Source of the DNA: an uncultured archaeon
GTDB taxonomy: Archaea > Asgardarchaeota > Jordiarchaeia > Jordiarchaeales > Jordiarchaeaceae
DNA length: 19,401 nucleotides
NCBI GenBank assembly: GCA_964510585.1
Contig: CAZECW010000169.1
Location: forward strand, 1 to 19,401
Direction of reading: 5' to 3'
Below, piece by piece: positions 1 to 8,870 of the stretch. Below the pieces are notes generated by a model that was not told where the DNA came from, made no database searches, and was given only the letters and a program-made list of their open reading frames with translations. Within the stretch, counting starts at the first letter, position 1, and each line of letters begins with the position of its first letter. The position numbers were made by a program, and so were the translations under genes.

Positions 1-75
1 TGGTGTGGATGCTTTTCTAACCCTTCTCTCAGGAGGTTTGTAGTCAACCTCGATGAGCACACATCTATTTTTCAA
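1..75 (-). CDS. Possible N-terminus of a divergent gene running off the window (LKNRCVLIEVDYKPPERRVRKASTP...)
   Basis: TTG at 75-73 preceded by GGTGA; 25 open codons to the window edge; too short to assign a product. Confidence 0.3.
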   Translation of the reverse strand, partial: MKNRCVLIEVDYKPPERRVRKASTP

Positions 76-243
76 AATTCACCAGTTTTAATGTTAAGCA
101 ATTATAACCTTTAAGCTATCACGCTAAGCCCGAAAATGTCATCAATTACTCTAGTTTAAACCTTTTTGCCGCGAACATTTTTGCATAACTTAGCACCTGA
201 AGCAAAAAAATGTGAGAAAAAAGGATTTTGAAGGGAACAATAA

Positions 244-1416
244 ATGTTTAATGAAGCGACATGTAAGCAATGCGGTAAATGCCTATCAGAATGCCCCTTT
301 TTAGAGATGCCGGAACAAAGGGCTAAGGAAGAAATCTCCAAGATGATCAAAACCAGAACCTCTGAACAAATAATTAAGAACTGCGCCGGATGCTCCTACT
401 GCAACTCAATTTGTCCAACACAGTCCAACCCATCGGATCTAAGGAAAGAAATAAGACTTTGGAAAAATCGTGCAGAGGGGGTAGGAAGCCTACTACTGAT
501 AAATGAACAAGTGCCTCTGAACCTTATGTCCATAGGACTAGAATTAGAAACCCAAGAGAAAATGGAAAACCTGAAAAAATACATGAATCCACCCAAAAGT
601 AGAGAAATGTTCTACCTAGGATGCAGCCTCTCATACATTTATACTGATCTGACCAAAACAAAATTGCTTAGGAACTTGCCCCTAATGGGGGGAATGAAGT
701 ATTGCTGTGGAGGATACCTAAACAGTCTTTTTGGACAAGAAGAAGCGAAAATATGGGGAGAAAAATTGTTAGCAGAGTTTAATAAACTCGGAGTGGAAAA
801 GCTCATCTCCTTCTGCCCCGGCTGCGACCGAATGCTGAGAGACTTGTATCCCAAAATAGTTGAAGGATATAATGTTGAAAACCAAAGCATTATCGAGTAC
901 CTCGTGGAAAAATATCACAAGGGAGAACTAAAACTAAAAAACAAGGTAAAGCTGAGAATAACTTTCCATGATCCTTGCCCCTGGCGTGGATTGGACAGGA
1001 AAATTTACGATAGTCCAAGGGAGCTTCTAGAAATTCTGGGCGCCGAAGTAGTGGAGATGAATCACAACAGGGAAAAATCACTTTGTTGTGGTGCCCCTGT
1101 TTCATTTAGAAACAGAGAATTGGCAGAAAAAATAGCAAATATGAGGGTATCTGAGGCTGAAGAAGTGGGAGCGGAAGCACTCGCCTTTGTATGCACTGGA
1201 TGTGTCTTCGCTTTATCAAAGAGTGCTACAGAGAGAAATATTGAGGCATACTACATTACTGAACTGGCTCAAATGGCAATAGGGGAAAAACCGCAACATA
1301 AAATTGTGGAAGTCACGAATCAAGCAATGGCTCTACTGACTAGAAAAATAGTAGAGAATCCCAGCCTTCTAAAAGACAGATACATTATCAAAGATGGGGA
1401 AATACACAAAATATAA
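244..1416 (+). CDS. Fe-S oxidoreductase, HdrD/GlpC-like (two 4Fe-4S ferredoxin motifs plus two CCG domains)
   Basis: CKQCGKCLSECP and CAGCSYCNSICP; CCG-domain motifs GC...YCCGG...CPGC and HDPC...CCGA...CTGC. Confidence 0.85.
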   Translation: MFNEATCKQCGKCLSECPFLEMPEQRAKEEISKMIKTRTSEQIIKNCAGCSYCNSICPTQSNPSDLRKEIRLWKNRAEGVGSLLLINEQVPLNLMSIGLELETQEKMENLKKYMNPPKSREMFYLGCSLSYIYTDLTKTKLLRNLPLMGGMKYCCGGYLNSLFGQEEAKIWGEKLLAEFNKLGVEKLISFCPGCDRMLRDLYPKIVEGYNVENQSIIEYLVEKYHKGELKLKNKVKLRITFHDPCPWRGLDRKIYDSPRELLEILGAEVVEMNHNREKSLCCGAPVSFRNRELAEKIANMRVSEAEEVGAEALAFVCTGCVFALSKSATERNIEAYYITELAQMAIGEKPQHKIVEVTNQAMALLTRKIVENPSLLKDRYIIKDGEIHKI

Positions 1417-1532
1417 CACCTTAAACCAATAATCATATTTTTTGCACATAAAATTTAAATCCCATACCAAAAACATACTATCTGAGTTCATGTGATTAAT
1501 GCCTAACTGTTCAAATTTTAGGGTGTGGAATA

Positions 1533-2720
1533 ATGAGAGATGTTGCAATAATTGGTATAGGGCACACCAAATTTGGAAAATCAGACAAGACAAACATTGA
1601 GCTTTTCGCCGAAGCAGCACAGGAGGCAATAGAGGACGCGAACATAGACAGAAAAGAAATAGAAGCAGTATTCATGGGTGCAGTTCTTCCAATGTTTGAG
1701 GAAGGACAAATGATGCCCGCAGTGTACGCCACCGCAGAGCTAGGCTTGGGAAGTATACCCTCAACCAGATTTGAGGGGGCTTGCGCCTCAGCAACTGTAG
1801 CTATAAGAGACGCATATATGTGGGTCGCCTCAGGACAGTACGACATAGTGTTGGCGGGCGGAGCAGAGAGAGCAACGATAATGGGAACAGCCTTTGCCAC
1901 AAGAACCTTCCAGATGGGAGGACATGCTCCTACAGAGGGACCCGCGGGGCTCACCTTCCCAGGAGCCTTCGCTATGGCCGCCGTACTATACTCCCGGTTC
2001 TACGAAATACCTCTTCAGAAACTGAGAGAAAAAATGGCATATGTGGCGATTAAAAACCATAAACATGGAGCGCTAAACCCTCTAGCCCAATGGTACAAAA
2101 AGTATGGAGACTTGACAGTGGAAAAAGTCCTAAGCTCGCCCATGATAGCAGACCCACTAACACTACTTGACTGCTGTCCCTTCTCCGACGGGGGTGCTGC
2201 AATAATATTATGTTCCGGAGACATTGCAAGAAAGTATACTGATGAGCCAGTCTATATTTTGGGCACTGGTCAGGGTACCGGTGCGGCTTTGGCTAGATTG
2301 GAAGATTTTACAAAGCCGCCTTCAAGGATTTATTCTGCGAGAATGGCTTTTAAGAAGGCGGGTCTTGAACCAAAGGATATTGACATTCTCGAGCTACACG
2401 ACTGCTTTACTCCCGCAGAGTTAATTGCGCTTGAAGCTATGGGCTTCTTTGGTGAGGGCGAAGCAGCAGACGCAACTGTGGATGGCCAGACCGAAATAGG
2501 GGGAAAGATTCCCACCAATATTTCGGGAGGACTGATTGGCAGAGGACACCCCATAGGGGCAACCGGAGCTTCCCAAGTGTGTATGATTGTACAGCAAATG
2601 AGGGGAGACGCACCCAAAGGAAACCAGCTAGACCCTGTTCCAGAAATTGGAATGGTTGACACTCTGGGAGGAGACTTTGGAACACTTTGCCACCTAATTC
2701 TTGGAAGGTCAAAGAGGTGA
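1533..2720 (+). CDS. Thiolase (acetyl-CoA C-acyltransferase), archaeal/SCP2-type
   Basis: MRDVAIIGIG start, EGACAS catalytic Cys, ELHDCF, GGLIGRGHPIGATG; DUF35 gene directly downstream. Confidence 0.92.
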   Translation: MRDVAIIGIGHTKFGKSDKTNIELFAEAAQEAIEDANIDRKEIEAVFMGAVLPMFEEGQMMPAVYATAELGLGSIPSTRFEGACASATVAIRDAYMWVASGQYDIVLAGGAERATIMGTAFATRTFQMGGHAPTEGPAGLTFPGAFAMAAVLYSRFYEIPLQKLREKMAYVAIKNHKHGALNPLAQWYKKYGDLTVEKVLSSPMIADPLTLLDCCPFSDGGAAIILCSGDIARKYTDEPVYILGTGQGTGAALARLEDFTKPPSRIYSARMAFKKAGLEPKDIDILELHDCFTPAELIALEAMGFFGEGEAADATVDGQTEIGGKIPTNISGGLIGRGHPIGATGASQVCMIVQQMRGDAPKGNQLDPVPEIGMVDTLGGDFGTLCHLILGRSKR

Positions 2721-2723
2721 GTA

Positions 2724-3170
2724 ATGATTATGGTGGGAAGAGACCCTGCAGAAATAGAGAAGCAAATCAAGAGCCGCTACGTTTTAACCTCGAAGGATTA
2801 TGAGAATGGACTAAGACAAGGGAAACTGTTGGGGCTTAAATGTAAAGATTGCGGAGCGGTTACCTGCCCCCCCATGATGGTTTGCCAGAGGTGTGGTAGC
2901 ATTAATGTTGTGCCCACGGAGCTTAGTGGCAAATGTGAAATTATGACATATACAGTGATAAGAGTTCCGCCAGAAGGATTTGAGGCACCATACATTGTAT
3001 GTCTAGCAAAGACCGTGGAGGGCCCATGGATCGTCGGTAGACTGGACTATGATCCCCAAAAAATGTCTGAGGAAATGCTGGGGAAAACTGTGAAGATTAA
3101 GGGTGTATTTGCTTTCTCCGACAAGTATACTGGCGGAGAACACGTCTGCCCAGTTTTTGGACTCGTCTAG
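2724..3170 (+). CDS. DUF35-family Zn-ribbon/OB-fold protein (thiolase partner); alternative start at 2730
   Basis: CKDCG...PP...CQRCGS Zn ribbon, then YTVIRVPPEGFEAPY OB-fold segment; GAGGTGA RBS overlaps the thiolase stop. Confidence 0.88.
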   Translation: MIMVGRDPAEIEKQIKSRYVLTSKDYENGLRQGKLLGLKCKDCGAVTCPPMMVCQRCGSINVVPTELSGKCEIMTYTVIRVPPEGFEAPYIVCLAKTVEGPWIVGRLDYDPQKMSEEMLGKTVKIKGVFAFSDKYTGGEHVCPVFGLV

Positions 3171-3359
3171 CCGCCCCCTCTAAAGAAGCGAGCAGAAATC
3201 TTTGATATAAAAATTTGAAAAAGCAAAAAGTTATAGTCGCCTATAATGAAGGCTTCAGGGGATAAATACAAAAATCTCTTTTTTCTTTTTTAATTCGTCC
3301 TTTTCACACACGGTATTGTTTTTGAAATCTTTTATTTCGCGAAGAGTTGTTGTCCGTTA

Positions 3360-3953
3360 CTAGAGGGCTTCTAGAATGTTTTTTGTGGTGGTTATGTGGC
3401 CCACAACGTAGTCTATGCATTTGAGTGCTGCTTGGTGTCTTTCAGTATTTGTTCCCACTACAGCGTCTTCGGGAATTATCACTCTGTAGTCTAGGGCTCT
3501 TGCATCCATTGCGGTGGCTAGTATGCAGACGTCTGTGAAGGCCCCTGTTAGGATGAGGTTCTCAACTTTTAGGCCTCTAAGTAGGATTTGGAGGTCTGTT
3601 CCCATAAATGCGCTGTATCTTCTCTTGTTTGTGATGAGGTAGTCTCCCTCTTGGGGTTTCAACTCTTCAATTATTTCCGCTCCGGGAGTTCCCTCTATGC
3701 AGTGTTCTTCTTCGAATTGGAGTTCTATGCCAAAATCTACTCCTCGGGCTCGGTGCACCTCTTTGGTGTAAATTATGGGTATTCCTTTATCTCGGGCTTT
3801 TTGGAGTATTATTTTGATGTTTGGAATTATTCTCTTTATTTGTTCCCATCTTTCAGGGGTGTTCTTTTGTTGGGATGCGAAGTCGTTTTGCATATCTATG
3901 ACTAGAACCACGCTGTCCTTTTTTAGATTATTTAAATCGTACTGTTTTTTCAT
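3360..3953 (-). CDS. Isochorismatase-family cysteine hydrolase, nicotinamidase (PncA)-like
   Basis: VIDMQNDF (Asp), KRRYSAF (Lys), GAFTDVCI (Cys); putative metal ligands in KEVH and EHCIEGTPGA. Confidence 0.85.
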   Translation of the reverse strand: MKKQYDLNNLKKDSVVLVIDMQNDFASQQKNTPERWEQIKRIIPNIKIILQKARDKGIPIIYTKEVHRARGVDFGIELQFEEEHCIEGTPGAEIIEELKPQEGDYLITNKRRYSAFMGTDLQILLRGLKVENLILTGAFTDVCILATAMDARALDYRVIIPEDAVVGTNTERHQAALKCIDYVVGHITTTKNILEAL

Positions 3954-3991
3954 GCTCTTTACCTCCGCACCCGAGCTTTAAAAGAGTTATT

Positions 3992-4037
3992 TTCCAAATT
4001 TTTGGTCACCGTTCCTCCTTTAAGAGAAAATTTGGAA
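3992..4037. promoter_or_regulatory. 11-bp inverted repeat (TTCCAAATTTT-N24-AAAATTTGGAA) in a divergent promoter region
   Basis: Arms at 3992-4002 and 4027-4037 read directly from the sequence; regulatory role is inferred. Confidence 0.3.
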
Positions 4038-4081
4038 CGAAAATAATTTTAATTTGTGTAATTTATAGGATTTGTTAAACT

Positions 4082-5644
4082 GTGTGGGTGTTTTTTGAAG
4101 TGAAGGAAATCATTTTTTATGGTGATGATGTTCTGGTTTACGATTTTCCTGAGGAAACCAAGATTTTCTATGCGCCCAAGCCTTTGCCTCCCGTGGAGGA
4201 TGAGAAGGAAGCGATAAGAAAAGCCCTAGATAGCCCTATTGGCTCCAGAAAGTTGGAACATTTGCTCAATGAGAGGTCTAGAGTGGCTATCTGTTTTGAT
4301 GATGTGAGTGTGCCTTTGCCCCAGATGAAGGACGATGTAAGAGCCAAGGCCGCCGAGGTAGTTCTGGAAAAGCTGAGGGAGATAGGAGTAAAGAGGGAGA
4401 ATATTCGCCTCATATGCGCAACTGGTTTACACAGGAAGTGTAAGCCTCAAGAATTAGCTCACATTCTTGGAAAACGTGTGTTTAAAGAGTATGGGGACAG
4501 GATTATTAACCACGACGCTGATGATAGGGAAAATCTGGTAGTTCTGGGTAAAACCGGGGATGGATACGAGGTTGAGATTAACAGGTTCGCCGCAGAGTCG
4601 GATTTAATAATCTATCTGAATATTACCTTCGTTCCCATGAACGGGGGCTGGAAGTCCATAATAGTTGGTCTGGGAAGTTTCAAAACCATAATACCAAATC
4701 ATTCTCCGGAAGTTCTTAAAGAGGGATCCTTGATGGATCCCAAGGCTTCAGGGTTACACAGGGTTATTTGGGAGATGGGAAGAGCAATAAAGGATAAGAT
4801 TAGGGTTTTCACAGTTGAAATGGTTTTAAACGACAACTTCTACAGTGGCTTCTTCGAAAAGTTGTGGCGACCCCTGGCAGAAAACAATTATAATTTACCT
4901 TTATGGAGGAGAGTCGCATTATCAGCAATTAGGAAGATGCCTGATTCTCTGAAAGCCTTTGTGAGAAACAGGTATAAGGCCAATTATAGATTGATTGGGG
5001 TTTACGCAGGAGACATTGAGAAGGCTCATGAAGAAACACTTAAACTGGTAAAGAAGCAGTTAACAGTCCCCGTAGACAAGCAATATGATGTTATAATTTT
5101 TGGGGTGCCCAACTTTACACCCTACAGCGTAGGTTCAGTGATGAATCCCATACTTCTACACAGCCTGGTCCTCGGATACCTATACAATATGCATAGTGGG
5201 AAGCCTCCCCTAAAAAAAGGCGGCATAATAATAATCTCCAATCCAGCACTGGAAAAATTTGATCCCCAACAGCACCCCTCCTACATAGACTTTTACGAAC
5301 AGGTGTTGAGCAAAAAACCGGACATTTTCAAGCTCAAAACAGTGGAAAAAATGTATCTAAACAATAAGGAATACTCGGAAAAATATCGTAAGGGATTCGC
5401 CTACCACGGGACACATGCACTAATGGCCTATTATTGGGGCGTTCTAGGGTTACTTAACGTAAGTAGAGTAATGGTCGCCGGCGCCAAGAGTAGGAGAGCC
5501 TTAGAAATGCTGGGATTCGACTACGCCAAAGACCTTGACGAAGCCATAGATGCAAGCAGGAAATATCTGGGAAAAAACAGCTCAATAGCCTACTTCTGCA
5601 TGCCTCCCATATTCATCTCCGAAGTGGGACAAATAAAAAAATAG
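4082..5644 (+). CDS. LarA (lactate racemase/DUF2088) superfamily protein; start may be GTG at 4100
   Basis: CFDDVSVP, ATGLHRK, IINHDA, NGGWKS and PNHS resemble the LarA motifs DxTRP, ATGxHR, NHD, SGGxK and the Ni-ligand His. Confidence 0.75.
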   Translation: MWVFFEVKEIIFYGDDVLVYDFPEETKIFYAPKPLPPVEDEKEAIRKALDSPIGSRKLEHLLNERSRVAICFDDVSVPLPQMKDDVRAKAAEVVLEKLREIGVKRENIRLICATGLHRKCKPQELAHILGKRVFKEYGDRIINHDADDRENLVVLGKTGDGYEVEINRFAAESDLIIYLNITFVPMNGGWKSIIVGLGSFKTIIPNHSPEVLKEGSLMDPKASGLHRVIWEMGRAIKDKIRVFTVEMVLNDNFYSGFFEKLWRPLAENNYNLPLWRRVALSAIRKMPDSLKAFVRNRYKANYRLIGVYAGDIEKAHEETLKLVKKQLTVPVDKQYDVIIFGVPNFTPYSVGSVMNPILLHSLVLGYLYNMHSGKPPLKKGGIIIISNPALEKFDPQQHPSYIDFYEQVLSKKPDIFKLKTVEKMYLNNKEYSEKYRKGFAYHGTHALMAYYWGVLGLLNVSRVMVAGAKSRRALEMLGFDYAKDLDEAIDASRKYLGKNSSIAYFCMPPIFISEVGQIKK

Positions 5645-5720
5645 AGGTAAAATAGAGCATTCGTCCCCAGCGCATCTCTGGGATCCTCAAAACGTATCTC
5701 TAATTCTTTATGGTATATCC

Positions 5721-6302
5721 TTATTTCTTCCAGTATCGCCAGTAGTCCTTGTTATTTACTCCTATTCCTATTTCTACCAGATAGATTAAGGCTGATAGGA
5801 AGATTATAATTGCGAAGAGGTTGATGATGCCCTGAATGTCAAAAATCCATGGAGAAGTATAGTTGAGGTAACTGATTAGGACGTATTGTGGAGGGGGAGC
5901 CAGTGAAATTATGGGTATGCTCATGTACAGGAAGAAGACCGTTGTGCCCAGTGCTCCCAACCCCAGAAGGAACCATACTCCAAAAAGGATCTGTGTAGCA
6001 AGGCCGCCTAATCCGTGACCCACTGTTTCACCCTTAAAAAAGCCCAAGAAGAACGCCGCTATAGAGATAGGTATGCCCAACAATATGATTAAGCCAAAGT
6101 TAATATTAATAACGGGGAAACCGTGGGAAGCCAAGGAGGATACTAAAGTCTGAACTTCAGGCACTAAGTTATAAAGAATAAATATGTCTCTGAAAACCCC
6201 AATGAAAAAGTTATACAGAGTATATGGAATAAGGAAGTAGAAGACAAAAGCAACAAAGGCAAACACAAAACCTTTAATTACAGCCACCGTGCGCGGTTCC
6301 AA
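5721..6302 (-). CDS. Hypothetical integral membrane protein (about 4 TM segments)
   Basis: Several long hydrophobic stretches; GGAGG upstream of TTG start; co-oriented 15 nt after the upstream gene. Confidence 0.7.
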   Translation of the reverse strand: MEPRTVAVIKGFVFAFVAFVFYFLIPYTLYNFFIGVFRDIFILYNLVPEVQTLVSSLASHGFPVININFGLIILLGIPISIAAFFLGFFKGETVGHGLGGLATQILFGVWFLLGLGALGTTVFFLYMSIPIISLAPPPQYVLISYLNYTSPWIFDIQGIINLFAIIIFLSALIYLVEIGIGVNNKDYWRYWKK

Positions 6303-6317
6303 ACTTCAAACCTCCCA

Positions 6318-7163
6318 TCAAGTTGGAACAACCTCATAACCACTTTTCGTATAGGTGTAACCAAAAGGACTCTCCACAGTAAGCACAAGAGTGTAACCGC
6401 CACCCGGAACTATGTGGCCTCCTCCAGTTGATATTGTAATATTTTCAAAAAACGGGATGGCGAAGAATGTAGCTGAGGGAATAGTAAATGAGCCAGTGCC
6501 AGAAGCAACAGTTCCAGAACCGTTATAAAGCTCTGCTTTTATATTCAGGTTATAACTTTGTAGGGTATTAATGAAGAATATGGTTACGTTGGCAGTCGTA
6601 TTGGTGACAAGATCTAAAATTGCTGGTCCAACTGTTAGGTTGAACATTGGGGACATGGCTCCTATGGGGTTTATGAGTAGGGTTGAAAGTGTTGCCAGTG
6701 AGAACGCATACCTTACACTCAGTATGGTTTGGCCGAAGAAGGATGAGGTGTTTAGAAAGTCACCTAACGTTCCTGTGGAGTTTAAAGCGGTAGTGTTCAC
6801 CCTCATTGTTATGGGGATGAGCATTATACTTCCTTTGGGGATAACGCTTGCGCGAATGAGTGGATCACTATAGTAGTAGAATGACTCGTTGAGAACAGAG
6901 GTGACTAGCAGTATGCTGTTTACGTCGTACCATCCAAAATTAGTTACGTAAATCATGCTAGTTTTTGTGATAGTTCCATTCTCATCAATTGAAGCAGGAG
7001 TTAAAGAATCCAGTGGGTTTGGATAAAACTGGAATTGTGTCAGTGAAGCCAAAGCCGTTACGGGTATGGCAACTAAGCCTATCATCACTAGACCCATAAT
7101 TATTTTGAATGCTGTAAACTTTTTGACCACTTGCCGATTCCTCTTATTCACTCCTATTTCCAT
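6318..7163 (-). CDS. Hypothetical membrane-anchored extracellular protein, probably N-glycosylated
   Basis: Basic N-terminus plus one hydrophobic helix, then a Thr/Ser/Asn-rich beta-type region with 10 N-x-S/T sequons. Confidence 0.7.
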   Translation of the reverse strand: MEIGVNKRNRQVVKKFTAFKIIMGLVMIGLVAIPVTALASLTQFQFYPNPLDSLTPASIDENGTITKTSMIYVTNFGWYDVNSILLVTSVLNESFYYYSDPLIRASVIPKGSIMLIPITMRVNTTALNSTGTLGDFLNTSSFFGQTILSVRYAFSLATLSTLLINPIGAMSPMFNLTVGPAILDLVTNTTANVTIFFINTLQSYNLNIKAELYNGSGTVASGTGSFTIPSATFFAIPFFENITISTGGGHIVPGGGYTLVLTVESPFGYTYTKSGYEVVPT

Positions 7164-7291
7164 GAAGTTTTGATTATTAGTATTATAGATTCTGTCTAAT
7201 AAATACTTCCGAAAATGAAAAGGAACTTATATTCAAATATCCCAAGAATTAGTCTTCATTTAAGTCTCTAAAAAAGGGGTGGGTTTAGGTT

Positions 7292-8671
7292 CTATTTCTT
7301 GTTCTGGCGTGTCTTATAGTATTTATACATGGTGGCCATGGCTTTTGATGCTCTTTCTGGGGTGTCATAAACTGGTAGGCCTTCCTTTTCTAAGCTGTGA
7401 ACCTCTTTTTCTAAATTTATGTGGCCTGTAGCGTTTACCAGAACTGGTTTGTCGTGCTTGCCGATGATGTTTCTAAGGGTGTCCACAATGAATTTTTCCC
7501 TATCATACATTACGCTCCACAGGGCGATGCATACTACAACTCCATCGATTTTTGGATCCTTTAACACTTCTTCTATGCAGACATCAAAGAGCCAGTCTGC
7601 GGGGCCTATGTCTACTGGTCCTTTTGCTGACGGGAGCCACGGAGGTGCCTTCTCAAGTATTTTGTTTTGAACCTCTTTGGATAATTGGGGAACTTCTAAC
7701 CCGAATTTTTGGCAGGTGTCGGAGGCCAGCACAGCTAAGGTTCCAGAGTTGGAAACCACCTGTATCCTGTTTCCTGTGGGTAGGGGCTGAAAGGCAAGGG
7801 CTTTGGTGTAGTCGAAGAGTTCCTCAAGATTGTAGGCTCTTACTAGTCCACTCTGTTTTACAGCGGCTTCAAAAACTTCTTCCCTCCCAGCTATTGCTCC
7901 AGTGTGTGATGATGTTGCTCGGGTGCCTGCCTCGGTTACGCCTCCCTTTAAAACTACTATGGGTTTGATTTTTGAAGCTTTTTTTGCGATTTCTATGAAT
8001 CTTTTTCCATCTTTAATGTCCTCAAGGTAAAGTCCTATGGCTTTGGTTTGGGGGTCTCCCACAAGGTATTCTATTACATCTGTTTCGTTTATGTCCATTT
8101 TATTTCCCAGTGTGGCTATTTTGCTGAAGTTCCATGTGTGAACCAGTTTTTCCAGAGTTGCGCCGCCAAAGATTCCGCCTTGGGTGACTAGGGCTATGCT
8201 TCCTGGTTTTGCTTTGTCGATTCTGCAGAAGGTGTTTATGAGTCCGTTGGTGGAGTTTGAGGTCCCCACACAGTTGGGCCCAATGATTCGCATTTTGTAT
8301 TGTGTCGCGATTTTTTTCACTTCGTTTTGAAGCCTTCTGCCTTCTTCTGTTCCTGTTTCTGCGAATCCCCCGCTCTCAATTATAACGTGTCTCACTCCTT
8401 TTTCGCCCAGTTCTCTCAGGGCTTTGGGTGTTTGGGCTGCGGGGATAATGATTATTCCCAGCTCTGGAGTATCTGGAAGGTCAGCAATGGATTTGTAGAA
8501 TTTATATCCTAAGGCTTCTTCACCACTGTGGTTAGGATTCACACAGTAAACTTTACCTTGGTAATTGGAATTATGGTAGTTCTTCAAAATGTTGAAACCT
8601 AGCTTATCTTCTTTGGGGGAGGCTCCCACAATTACAACAGATTTAGCTTCAAAGAATGGTTTCACTATCAA
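7292..8671 (-). CDS. acdA: Acetate/acyl-CoA ligase (ADP-forming) alpha subunit
   Basis: VIVGAS CoA-binding fold, IESGGFAE, IGPNCVG, SSHTGAIAG phospho-His motif; GGTGA upstream of TTG start. Confidence 0.85.
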   Translation of the reverse strand: MIVKPFFEAKSVVIVGASPKEDKLGFNILKNYHNSNYQGKVYCVNPNHSGEEALGYKFYKSIADLPDTPELGIIIIPAAQTPKALRELGEKGVRHVIIESGGFAETGTEEGRRLQNEVKKIATQYKMRIIGPNCVGTSNSTNGLINTFCRIDKAKPGSIALVTQGGIFGGATLEKLVHTWNFSKIATLGNKMDINETDVIEYLVGDPQTKAIGLYLEDIKDGKRFIEIAKKASKIKPIVVLKGGVTEAGTRATSSHTGAIAGREEVFEAAVKQSGLVRAYNLEELFDYTKALAFQPLPTGNRIQVVSNSGTLAVLASDTCQKFGLEVPQLSKEVQNKILEKAPPWLPSAKGPVDIGPADWLFDVCIEEVLKDPKIDGVVVCIALWSVMYDREKFIVDTLRNIIGKHDKPVLVNATGHINLEKEVHSLEKEGLPVYDTPERASKAMATMYKYYKTRQNKK

Positions 8672-8870
8672 GGAAGGCTCACCGGAATAGACGAAACTGA
8701 AAATTTGAATTTAACACTTTCCACCAAAAAATACAAAAATAAGAATCCAAAAAATACTTGAAATTAGAAGATAATTACTTCAAATAGGATGATTTAAACA
8801 GCCAAACTAGGATACACGTAGGAAACATTTTAAATTCCAAAAACATTACTCCAAAAGTAGCTAAACAAGG

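Noticed and set aside
2718-2726. Thiolase TGA is in frame with the DUF35 start (TGA GTA ATG), suggesting read-through or selenocysteine fusion
   Set aside because: The stop is part of the GAGGTGA ribosome-binding site, a common archaeal coupling arrangement; I see no SECIS-like evidence.
5752-7160. 15/17-nt direct repeat (5752-5768 and 7144-7160, both encoding IGVN) bracketing the membrane-protein pair
   Set aside because: Matches of this length and identity are expected by chance in 19 kb of AT-rich sequence, and they do not extend.
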